Of a DNA stretch of 22,186 bases, positions 6,952-15,051 are shown piece by piece. The stretch is taken from NCBI RefSeq assembly GCF_965232925.1, contig NZ_CBDDRA010000004.1, forward strand, positions 4,222 through 26,407, read 5' to 3'. The notes beneath the pieces are model-generated. The model saw nothing but the letters and a program-made list of their open reading frames with translations, was not told where the DNA came from and ran no database searches. Within the stretch, counting starts at the first letter, position 1. Each line of letters opens with the position of its first letter. The DNA is from Tumidithrix helvetica PCC 7403. Lineage in GTDB: Bacteria > Cyanobacteriota > Cyanobacteriia > Pseudanabaenales > Pseudanabaenaceae. A program made the position numbers and the translations under genes.

Positions 6952-8238
6952 CTAAACCAAAGCGAAATTGGAAACTGGAACGGCATGGCTTAAAAATTGT
7001 AGGGCTTCTGCCAAAAACGAGCTTGCCTGTAGGCTTGATGTTACATGCGCAGGAGAAGAAACGGTTAAAGATAGCCGATCGCCTAGGGTGGCAACCCCAA
7101 CAATCCGCTCTTGTTCCATCCCAGCCATCACAGCAGGACCATAAAGTGATTCGATTTGGAGTGAGCCAAACTGTTGCTCTAGGTTCAATCGTCCTAGATT
7201 GGTCACCAAGAGATCGTAGCCATACTGTTGCTGCATTCCCTGTACCATTACTTGTGCCGAGGGGAGCGTGGCGATCGCGGCTTGGCGGGGTGGGATGACC
7301 TCAAATAATCGGTGTAGCATCATTGCCTCAGATAATTGGGACTTGAACGATCGGGCAATCTCCCACAAGGTTGAATCAAATGGCAACTCGTGGTTGGTCA
7401 GCCCATAGGTGATATACAGTCCCACGGCTTCCCCCACAGTTGGCATCAGATGCGATCGCACGTTAATCGGTGACAGACATTTAAGCTGAGACGATGTAAC
7501 TCCCTTTTGACCTGCGAGAGCGAGTAAAAATGCGGCAGCGATCGCGCCATGCACGCTCGTTTTTTGCTCTCGGCAGCGATCGTTTAACGCCCAAGTCAAC
7601 TCAGCGGACAACAGGGCAGTGCGGATATGCGGACGCGGACGGGTAGACACCTCCGTACTATACCCAGATGACAAGGCTTCCTGCTGAGGAGTTCCTGCAG
7701 GGGGTGCTGACAATTTTTCGTCCATGCTTGGCACGACGGATTCGATTGGGAAAGACTCAGATAGCTCCCTTGTCATGGGTAAACGAACGACTGGCAAATC
7801 GGACTCTAATCCTTGCACAATATCGCGAATTAAATAGGCAACTGACATTCCATCTGCGATCGAGTGATGGCAGGTCACAATTAGCTCTGAGCAGATGTCG
7901 GATTGTAGCAGTACAACTCTAGCTAGGGGAGCGATCGCCCAATCAAAGGATTTCGACATTTCCACTTCTAGCTCTCGCTGCCACTGTAGGTCATCTTCTC
8001 GCAGAAGTACGCGTAGGGGAATTTCAGCATTCTGCTCGACAAACTTGGGTCGTCCAGACTTGTCCAGCTCAATGCGTACTCTTAGCAGGGGGTGCAGCTG
8101 TTGAACTCGTGTGAGGGACTGGCGAAGTCGATCGATACTAAATTTGTTACGGATTTTGGCACTGAGGGCAAAATGTAGGGGATGAACCTGGTCATACAAC
8201 CAAAATGAATGCTCAAATGCTCCAAGATGACGCTCCAT
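6952..8238 (-). CDS. Stand-alone condensation-domain / PapA5-like acyltransferase
   Basis: Catalytic HHxxxDG motif in VTCHHSIADGMSV (residues 124-130). About 428 aa, the size of a single C domain. No A or T domain is fused. Confidence 0.75.
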   Translation of the reverse strand: MERHLGAFEHSFWLYDQVHPLHFALSAKIRNKFSIDRLRQSLTRVQQLHPLLRVRIELDKSGRPKFVEQNAEIPLRVLLREDDLQWQRELEVEMSKSFDWAIAPLARVVLLQSDICSELIVTCHHSIADGMSVAYLIRDIVQGLESDLPVVRLPMTRELSESFPIESVVPSMDEKLSAPPAGTPQQEALSSGYSTEVSTRPRPHIRTALLSAELTWALNDRCREQKTSVHGAIAAAFLLALAGQKGVTSSQLKCLSPINVRSHLMPTVGEAVGLYITYGLTNHELPFDSTLWEIARSFKSQLSEAMMLHRLFEVIPPRQAAIATLPSAQVMVQGMQQQYGYDLLVTNLGRLNLEQQFGSLQIESLYGPAVMAGMEQERIVGVATLGDRLSLTVSSPAHVTSSLQASSFLAEALQFLSHAVPVSNFALV

Positions 8239-8405
8239 TGTTGACGCTCCTAATAACTAAAATTGAAAGCCCTGCGATCGCCACTGTTGCACCGACTCCA
8301 TCATGATCTCGGTGCAAACCTTGTTGTGTGGGCTTCTTAGTGGGATATACGCGGCTTCATTGGCAATGGATCTGTTGGAGGAAATTAACTTGTGCGTGGC
8401 GCTAC

Positions 8406-9626
8406 TTACGGCAAATTTGCAGGGGTTCTCGCAAAGTTCGCTGGATCTTGATCGCGCCGATGCTGGACGGGAATGGGCGTGCCCTGACCATTACCGTCCA
8501 AAGCAGCCGTTTTTTCCAAGGCTTCCCTTAGGCGTTTGGCGGCATAGATCGACATGTCACGGGGTACGCTGATGCGATCGCGTAAATAGCGCAGAGCAAT
8601 ATCAGAACCTTTTGGCGGTATACAGACTTCGCCTGTCATCATCAGGGTTAGTGCACAGCGCAGAGCTTCATCAACTAAGCGGTCATCGGCGGGGTTGACG
8701 CGAATAATATTCGTGCGATGTTTGAGCATCCGTTGCAATGCCTCAGTTCGGGAGGTTTCGGGCTCTGGGTAAGTCACATCTGGCAGACCATCCCAAGGAC
8801 CGCAATCCACTCGTTCCTTATTGAGTAGCGTTTGGGGTTCGCCATTTTCCCAACAGCCTCCCATTTGGGGGGGGAGATCGTGGGCGTGGGTATGAAAATC
8901 GCTCTGCGTGCCGCGATAGGTGGATCGGCTTTCCATCGCGGCAAACCAATCTGCCAAGCGAGGATTCTCTTCCCTGAGAGAATAGCCCTTGTAGTAGTAA
9001 AGACTGGCATTCATGCGTTCGACATAGGGTGTAAAGATGACATCCGCAGTCCCAAATTCTTCCAAAAAGTAGGGACCTGGGGTGCTGCCTAGGGCACTCT
9101 CAACCATCTCAACTACGCCGATAAATTGGTCGCGATGGCGTTGCTCTTCTTTGAGCGATCGGGTTGGTTGGCAAAGCCAAGAGCACCATGCTCGAAATAG
9201 CAATCGCTCTAGTCGTCTTAGGGGGAGCACAGTGGGGTCTTCCATACCGCGCCCCAAAATGCCAAACACCTGTTCTAGGGCGATCAAAATATCATCGCTT
9301 TCCTTGATAACGCGACCGTCTAGCGCGATCGCAGGGAGCATTCCCGATGGCACAATGCGCTTGTACCAGCTTTCTTTTTCGCCATAGCAAAACATCGTGA
9401 CTTTTTCGATGCGATAGGGGATCTGCTTTTCTTCTAGCCACAACCAGATTTTCTGACAGTAGGGGCACCAGGCATGGTTGTCACGATAAAGCGTCACCCG
9501 CGCATCAGATTCGGTATGACCAAATAGACGCAACCGCGCTTGGGCATTGGTGGGACCATTGACGGGATCGACTTGAAAATCTGTGAGTGCTTCTAGTTCT
9601 TGCCAGCTTAAGGGGGCGATCGTCAT
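8406..9626 (-). CDS. Glutathione S-transferase family protein with a glutaredoxin-like CPYC N-terminal domain
   Basis: [33 protein letters not shown] ... [18 protein letters not shown] is a thioredoxin-fold GSH-binding pattern. It is followed by a long helical C-terminal region. Confidence 0.65.
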   Translation of the reverse strand: MTIAPLSWQELEALTDFQVDPVNGPTNAQARLRLFGHTESDARVTLYRDNHAWCPYCQKIWLWLEEKQIPYRIEKVTMFCYGEKESWYKRIVPSGMLPAIALDGRVIKESDDILIALEQVFGILGRGMEDPTVLPLRRLERLLFRAWCSWLCQPTRSLKEEQRHRDQFIGVVEMVESALGSTPGPYFLEEFGTADVIFTPYVERMNASLYYYKGYSLREENPRLADWFAAMESRSTYRGTQSDFHTHAHDLPPQMGGCWENGEPQTLLNKERVDCGPWDGLPDVTYPEPETSRTEALQRMLKHRTNIIRVNPADDRLVDEALRCALTLMMTGEVCIPPKGSDIALRYLRDRISVPRDMSIYAAKRLREALEKTAALDGNGQGTPIPVQHRRDQDPANFARTPANLP

Positions 9627-9675
9627 GGGTATCCTTAATTAGTTCAAAGTTCTTGACTGAATCTCAATTTTAGAC

Positions 9676-9705
9676 AATAAAAAAGGATCTATAGATTTCA
9701 GATCC
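9676..9705 (-). terminator. Rho-independent terminator downstream of the EEP gene
   Basis: On the minus strand: stem AGGATCT, loop GAAATCTAT, stem AGATCCT, followed by TTTTTTATTG. It lies about 65 nt after the stop at 9770. Confidence 0.6.
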
Positions 9706-9769
9706 TGTGGGGCAGGTAGAGCGGTGATACGCCTAGATGAGGATTATTGGAATTGCCTGACCTGCATGA

Positions 9770-10735
9770 CTAATCGTCGTTTTTGTCCGAGCGAAAGATG
9801 GCTCTGACGGGGAGATGATCGGAAACCTTTTGGAAATAGTCGCGATCGCTAGCAAAGCCCAAATCTTTGACAGGATCGAGAATTTGAATCGATTGCGGCA
9901 AATACTCAGCTTCTGCGCCTTTAGCGCCTTTAGAGACGGCAATGTGATCGATCGCGCAGCCAGTCCCTTTATTTGTGAAACGGGGGCGACCGTTGGCATC
10001 GGTAGGCATGCCACGTCTTTTCAGGCAGTTATAGGTAGCATCGGTTTCAAGGCTGCGGGTGAGAAATAGGAGGGGTCCATCTTTCAATCCGCGATTTTGG
10101 GCTGCCCATGTCGGACTGTTAAAGTCACCCAAAACCACTAAATCGGGATCGGATTGGGTATTGCGCTCGTAGGCATCCACTTCAGCGCGCATCACATCGC
10201 TTTGTTGCTGACGAATCTCATCTGCGCCCTTATCGCCACTACCCTTTTGATGCACGACTACTAGGGTGAAATCAAAGCCATTGCCAACTTTGAGATAGGT
10301 AACTAGGGGCGATCGCAGGGTTCCCGTTACATTCACGCGATTCCACTCCGTTACCTTGTTGGCAGCGATCTGATCGCTGCGGTAAAACAGGGCAATTCTT
10401 TGCTTATTGCCTGACTCACCCAGTAAAAACTCCCAACGGTGAGATTTATTCAGGGCTGTTTTGAGCTTTTCGGCAGCGATCGCACTGACCTCCTGTAAGC
10501 CAATCGCATCAAAATTGCGATCGATAATTTTGGCGAGGGTTTCAACTTTTGCTGCCTCTTGCCCGTCAAAATTCTCGACATTGTAAGTCCCAATCCGAAT
10601 CTGGCTTGGTGCTGAGGACGAGCAGGCAGTCAGGCAAAGCACGCTCAGACAAAGCCCCAGCAAAAAACTCAGTCCATGCTGAAATATTTGGTGATGAGGA
10701 AAGCCTGCTGAGAGAAACCTTAAGCGTAATGACAT
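9770..10735 (-). CDS. Endonuclease/exonuclease/phosphatase (EEP) family lipoprotein
   Basis: Signal peptide with a lipobox (LSVLCLTACSS). EEP hallmarks: IRIGTYNVENF, IGLQEV, VVLGDFNS, IDHIAVS, SDHLPV. Confidence 0.8.
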   Translation of the reverse strand: MSLRLRFLSAGFPHHQIFQHGLSFLLGLCLSVLCLTACSSSAPSQIRIGTYNVENFDGQEAAKVETLAKIIDRNFDAIGLQEVSAIAAEKLKTALNKSHRWEFLLGESGNKQRIALFYRSDQIAANKVTEWNRVNVTGTLRSPLVTYLKVGNGFDFTLVVVHQKGSGDKGADEIRQQQSDVMRAEVDAYERNTQSDPDLVVLGDFNSPTWAAQNRGLKDGPLLFLTRSLETDATYNCLKRRGMPTDANGRPRFTNKGTGCAIDHIAVSKGAKGAEAEYLPQSIQILDPVKDLGFASDRDYFQKVSDHLPVRAIFRSDKNDD

Positions 10736-10753
10736 AAAACCCTAGATTGGCGG

Positions 10754-11083
10754 TTAAGATCCGCGTCCAAAGCGAACCTCGTATACCTCTTCTTCTTTTT
10801 CGGTGACAACTTCTAGATCTGATTTGGGGTAGGAAACGCAGAGTAAAACATACCCTTTGGCATCTAAAGCTTCACCCATGCCGCCTATGCCCATACCTTT
10901 ACTTTGATCGACTTCGCCAGAAATTACCTGAGCCGCGCAGGTCGTACAGACGCCTGCGTAGCAAGAGCAGGGTAGGTCTACGCCTTGCTCGTGGGCAGCG
11001 TCTAAAATCGATTGGGACTCAGGTACGGCGATCGTGTAAATTTGACCTTGATGGTTCAGCTTTACTGTGTAGGTCTGACTCAT
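10754..11083 (-). CDS. Plant-type [2Fe-2S] ferredoxin with an internal insertion and a C-terminal extension
   Basis: YTVKL..., CSCYAGVCTTCAAQVISGEVDQ, LLCVSYPKSDLEV. Compared with canonical PetF of about 98 aa, it has extra GMGIGGMGEAL and a VYEVRFGRGS tail. Confidence 0.85.
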   Translation of the reverse strand: MSQTYTVKLNHQGQIYTIAVPESQSILDAAHEQGVDLPCSCYAGVCTTCAAQVISGEVDQSKGMGIGGMGEALDAKGYVLLCVSYPKSDLEVVTEKEEEVYEVRFGRGS

Positions 11084-11226
11084 ACAGATAGTTTTTTAGA
11101 AAATTTTTCCTTTCAATTGTAGTGACTTCTGGGAAGCATCGATCGATCCCCACATCGCTTAAAAGAAATGGTAGCCTTAATAATTAGTTACACATCTCAG
11201 ATATTTCGTTGGGCGATCGACATACT

Positions 11227-12483
11227 ATGTTGGCAAATAGTTGGCAAATTCCAGATCTAGAGACCTTAAAGCGAGAATGGCGGGATGCCGATTTCGGTCT
11301 CTTACTTTTTCCGATTTTTCTAACTATTTTGGGTGGTATTGCCATCTACAGTGCTGATTTTAACGCCAAACAGACTAACTGGTGGCAGCATTGGGTCATG
11401 GGTGGTATTGGGTTGGGGATTTTGGTGGCGATCGCGCGATCGCATTACGATCGACTACTGCGCCTACACTGGATTACCTACGCCATTACCAACATTTCCC
11501 TCATTGCCGTACTGCTGGTGGGCACATCGGCGCTGGGCGCAGAACGATGGCTGAGTATTGGTGGCTTTAATCTCCAGCCCTCCGAGTTTGCCAAGGTCGG
11601 TGTAATTATTTCACTAGCGGCGGTGCTGCACAATCGCCCCATTCAGCACCCTATGGATATTTTAAAAGTGGTGTGGGTGGTGATTCCCCCTTGGATTTTG
11701 ATCTTTTTACAGCCAAATTTGGGTACAGCGCTTGTATTTGCGGCAATTACGATTGGTATGTTGTATTGGGCGGGTGCGAGTTTAGGTTGGCTAGTGCTGC
11801 TAGGGTCGCCGATTATTTCGGCAATTATTTTCACGATTTACGTACCTGTATGGATTGGTTGGGTAGCATTGATGGGCGTAACGGCTTGGTATTCTCTACC
11901 TTGGATTCGCACGATTAGTACGATCGTGGCGGTGGTTGTAAACTTGGTTGCCGCACAGGTGGGGCATATTCTCTGGGGGCTGCTGCATGATTATCAAAAG
12001 CAAAGGCTATTGCTGTTTTTAGATCCTAGCCAAGATCCTTTAGGCGGTGGCTATCACTTGATTCAGTCGCGGATTGCGATCGGGGCAGGGAAACTCTGGG
12101 GACAAGGTTTGATGAAGGGGACGCAGACGCAGCTCAACTTCATTCCTGAGCAGCATACCGATTTTATTTTCTCGGCGATCGGCGAAGAGTTTGGCTTTAT
12201 CGGTTGTATGTTTGTGCTGATTACGTTTCTGGGAATTTGTTGGCGGCTGTTGGCGATCGCGGTGAGCGCTAAAGATAACTTTGGTTCCTTAATTGCGATT
12301 GGCGTATTTTCGTTTATTTTGTTTCAAACCTTTGTCAACATCGGCATGAATATTGGTGTTGCGCCTGTGACGGGCATTCCGTTGCCTTGGTTGAGTTACG
12401 GTCGGTCGGCGATGATTGCCAATTTCATGGCGATCGGGATCGTCGAGTCCGTCGCTGCCCACCGTCGCACGATCAAATTTTAA
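11227..12483 (+). CDS. rodA: SEDS-family peptidoglycan glycosyltransferase, RodA-like (FtsW/RodA/SpoVE)
   Basis: Multi-TM protein with SEFAK, QSRIAIGAGKLWGQG, IPEQHTDFIFSAIGEEFGF and PLPWLSYGRSAM. I prefer ATG 11227 (MLANSWQ...) to the TTG at 11209 used by the track. Confidence 0.8.
   Translation: MLANSWQIPDLETLKREWRDADFGLLLFPIFLTILGGIAIYSADFNAKQTNWWQHWVMGGIGLGILVAIARSHYDRLLRLHWITYAITNISLIAVLLVGTSALGAERWLSIGGFNLQPSEFAKVGVIISLAAVLHNRPIQHPMDILKVVWVVIPPWILIFLQPNLGTALVFAAITIGMLYWAGASLGWLVLLGSPIISAIIFTIYVPVWIGWVALMGVTAWYSLPWIRTISTIVAVVVNLVAAQVGHILWGLLHDYQKQRLLLFLDPSQDPLGGGYHLIQSRIAIGAGKLWGQGLMKGTQTQLNFIPEQHTDFIFSAIGEEFGFIGCMFVLITFLGICWRLLAIAVSAKDNFGSLIAIGVFSFILFQTFVNIGMNIGVAPVTGIPLPWLSYGRSAMIANFMAIGIVESVAAHRRTIKF
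11428..11443. repeat. HIP1 (GCGATCGC) octamers, here two back to back; an example of about 40 copies across the window
   Basis: GCGATCGCGCGATCGC read directly. My manual scan found about 40 exact GCGATCGC sites in 22 kb, a signature of cyanobacterial genomes. Confidence 0.9.
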
Positions 12484-12611
12484 AAATATAGATTTTAAAA
12501 TTTACAGCAAATTCGCTTCAAAAGCACCAGAGGCAGAAATCCAAAACCCAATGCGGGGCTACGCCCTGTGACCCAGTCTCGTGGTGAATGGGCTCAAAAA
12601 CTGCTGTAGGT

Positions 12612-12827
12612 TTATAGCCACCCCATCCAACTTCTAAAATTTGCCCAAAAGCGATCGCCTAACCGCCAAGCTAGCAAACCACAAATGATGCCGCCGATTA
12701 AAAAGCCCAGCAAAGGCGATCCTGAATAGCTTATAGATCCAAAGAAACCGACAAGACCACCGATGAGAAAGCCGCAGCCAAATCGAACCATAAAGGTTTG
12801 CATGTCAAAGCGTTTTGGAGAAGACAT
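12612..12827 (-). CDS. Small glycine-zipper membrane protein (hypothetical, two predicted TM helices)
   Basis: 71-aa ORF with FGCGFLIGGLVGFFG and LLGFLIGGIICGLLAW hydrophobic segments. No family recognised. Confidence 0.45.
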   Translation of the reverse strand: MSSPKRFDMQTFMVRFGCGFLIGGLVGFFGSISYSGSPLLGFLIGGIICGLLAWRLGDRFWANFRSWMGWL

Positions 12828-12964
12828 GAGGATTTTCCTTGTTTCAGTAGAATGTCTTAGCGCAATCGAAATTTCACATACCTTACTTGATGTAAGCGTC
12901 TTTTGTCACTTTATCTAACCGATACCAATTCCAAGTAAATTTGCAAAAGATCTGGATTTGAGTT

Positions 12965-12985
12965 CCGCGCGTAGCGCGGTTTGTG
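12965..12985 (+). terminator. Orphan terminator-like hairpin CCGCGC-GTA-GCGCGG followed by TTTGTG
   Basis: Perfect 6-bp GC stem with a 3-nt loop and a T-rich tail on the + strand. There is no + strand ORF upstream, and it sits about 120 nt upstream of the SIMPL gene start. Confidence 0.3.
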
Positions 12986-13100
12986 AAAATGGTATGAATA
13001 GACAAAGATGGAATAGGCGCGATCGTTGAGATTTATTGCAGCCTGTAACTAACAACGCAGGTTTACGTCAAATGTTGCAGTAAGAATTTTCGTCAAAACT

Positions 13101-13865
13101 ATGCTGACAGAACCCAATGCCTCGCCTGCCAAACCAGCCTTTCAATTTCCGCAACTATTTAGTGGGATGCTCGCGCTGTCGATCGCCCTTCTTGGTAGTG
13201 CATATCTAGCTGGCAATGCCCTGCGATCGCTGCGATCCAATGATACTTTAACCGTGATAGGCTCTGCTACCCGCCCAATTCGTTCGGATTATGTAGTTTG
13301 GCGTAGCTCCGTTTCTAGCCAGCAAGCCACATTGTCTCAGGCATACCAAGAACTCAAACGCCATACAGAACGAGTACAGACTTATCTCAAAAGCAAAAAT
13401 ATCCCTAGCTCAGCGATTTCTATCAGTGCGATCGATACCCAACCCATTCCTGAAACCACGAGTAGCGGAGCCCAAACTGGAAAAACCCTAGCCTATCGAC
13501 TGGTTCAACGATTTGAGATTCGTTCCAATGCCGTTGATGACATTACTGCGATCGCCCGTTCCAGTACAGATTTAATTAACGAAGGGATTCCCTTTACTTC
13601 TGAACCACCTGAATATCTCTATACCCAACTCAGCCAGTTGCGCGTAGATATGATTTCTGAGGCGACAAAGGATGCTAAAGCTAGAGGCGATGCGATCGTC
13701 AATGTTTCTGGTAGTCGGCTTGGCACAATTCGTAAAGCGGAAACCGATGTGTTCCAAATTACGGCGCGACATTCTACGGAAGTCAGCAACAGTGGTTCGT
13801 ACAACACAACCTCTATCGATAAGGATATTCGGGCTGTGGTTGCGATTACCTTTGCAGTCGAATAA
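13101..13865 (+). CDS. SIMPL-domain (DUF541-like) periplasmic/secreted protein
   Basis: N-terminal hydrophobic anchor (LFSGMLALSIALLGSAYLAG). Then LTVIGSATRPIRSDYVVWRSSVS...AYQELKRHTERVQTYLKSKNIP...ISISAIDTQPI, which fits the SIMPL pattern. Confidence 0.6.
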   Translation: MLTEPNASPAKPAFQFPQLFSGMLALSIALLGSAYLAGNALRSLRSNDTLTVIGSATRPIRSDYVVWRSSVSSQQATLSQAYQELKRHTERVQTYLKSKNIPSSAISISAIDTQPIPETTSSGAQTGKTLAYRLVQRFEIRSNAVDDITAIARSSTDLINEGIPFTSEPPEYLYTQLSQLRVDMISEATKDAKARGDAIVNVSGSRLGTIRKAETDVFQITARHSTEVSNSGSYNTTSIDKDIRAVVAITFAVE

Positions 13866-13950
13866 GCGTTGGTTGATTGATGGTGTTTAGATTTACAACG
13901 TTGCAAATACGGCACTAAGATCGAAACTTGCTAGGATGCTATCGCAGAGC

Positions 13951-14296
13951 CTAGTTGAAATAACTGAATCGGACTTGTGAGGTGTCGATCGATGATAATC
14001 TCCGCCGATACCACGCTCAACTTAGATCTCGACGAACAAAAGCAACTTTACGCCAGTTTAGGGATTGCGGAATATTGGGTAATTGATGTGAAGGGAATGC
14101 GGCTCTTTTCTTTGCCTTTGGTTTGGGGGTAGCGGGTGTGTATGAGACCATCGAAGTTTCGCAGGTACTGAAGGGATTAGCGATCGCACTGATAGAAAAA
14201 CCCCTCGAACGCTTAGCCACAGAAACGAATACAGCCGTCTCGAATTGGTTAATGCAGCAGTTGCAAACAGAGTTCCCATCTGGCAAGAAAGATTAG
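13951..14296 (+). pseudogene. Decayed Uma2-family (DUF820) endonuclease remnant: C-terminal half only, split over at least three frames
   Basis: Frame fragments: LVEITESDL* (13951-13980); MIISADTTLNLDLDEQKQLYASLGIAEYWVIDVKGMRLFSL...* (13992-14132), which carries the family's K..Y...GI.EYWviD signature; then GVYETIEVSQVLKGLAIALIEKPLERL... to the stop at 14294-14296 in another frame. The N-terminal ~100 aa are missing. Confidence 0.5.
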
Positions 14297-14485
14297 TTAA
14301 TTGCAATGCGTAAAAACGAATAATAAAGGTACATTCATGTTGTTTGGCTTTGTTATATGGATATCTCAAACCCTTTCACAAGCAAGATTCTCAATGGGAT
14401 GAAAGCTTTATTGATGAGCCCTTGTCTATCAATTCTTCTAGAAAATCTGACTGAATGATACAACAAAACCCGAAGAATCACTTTT

Positions 14486-14938
14486 CTAAAGAAAAGTACC
14501 TAAATTTCTTAGCTCTTTCAGATTTTGACAAAACTGGATAAATCTCGATGTTGCATTTGGATTGCTTCCAATTAGTTGAGTTAGGGTATCTGCTAACATA
14601 TCTCGTCTCTTTTTCATAGCCAAGTAACTTTGACGTCCACCTTCAAAATTGGATTCAATCAACTCGTACGGAAATTGATCGAGTAGGAAGTTGAATATAT
14701 GCTCGGAAATTCGTAAATAAGCTAATCGCTTAAAGTATCGATTCATGTATTTAGACTCAGTCCGATGAACTTGAACCGAAGCTCTATGACCATCTCTGTA
14801 GGATTCATCTTGAATTACAAGACATCCTTTCTTATTGGGATTGTCTTCTTGACAAGAAAGGGTAATCTGTTCCAGAATTTCTAAATAAGTTTCTAAAAAT
14901 TCTTTGTAATTTCTAGCTTCCATAGTTGGTAATTCCAT
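14486..14938 (-). CDS. Hypothetical protein (orphan, in a visibly AT-rich segment)
   Basis: 150-aa ORF with no competing ORF. Predicted helical, no recognisable family. No HIP1 sites in or around it. Confidence 0.5.
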   Translation of the reverse strand: MELPTMEARNYKEFLETYLEILEQITLSCQEDNPNKKGCLVIQDESYRDGHRASVQVHRTESKYMNRYFKRLAYLRISEHIFNFLLDQFPYELIESNFEGGRQSYLAMKKRRDMLADTLTQLIGSNPNATSRFIQFCQNLKELRNLGTFL

Positions 14939-15051
14939 TAAGTTGTGGCTCTATACTTTCCACAACCATTGAAACCGATTGTATCAGTAATAATCATTTA
15001 CTGAAATCCTCTGTTTTAGATGCGATCTCGTTCGTTTTGAGCCAATTGACG

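Noticed and set aside
6879-7298. Antisense or overlapping track ORFs, for example 233..496, 338..580, 4460..4816, 6879..7298, 8303..8572, 13619..13915, 14984..15304, 17119..17406, 20342..20572, 20878..21189
   Set aside because: Each lies inside or opposite a longer ORF with clear family motifs. Their translations are low-complexity (Arg/Ser/Pro/Gly-rich), typical of shadow ORFs.
14337-14402. 21-codon hydrophobic ORF (MLFGFVIWISQTLSQARFSMG) in the AT-rich gap, as a possible type I toxin
   Set aside because: It has no recognisable ribosome-binding site, antisense partner or conservation evidence. In AT-rich DNA it is likely a chance ORF.
14486-14938. HEPN-like Rx5H motif (RASVQVH) in the orphan 150-aa protein
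   Set aside because: A single short motif occurs by chance too often, and no other HEPN features could be recognised by eye.
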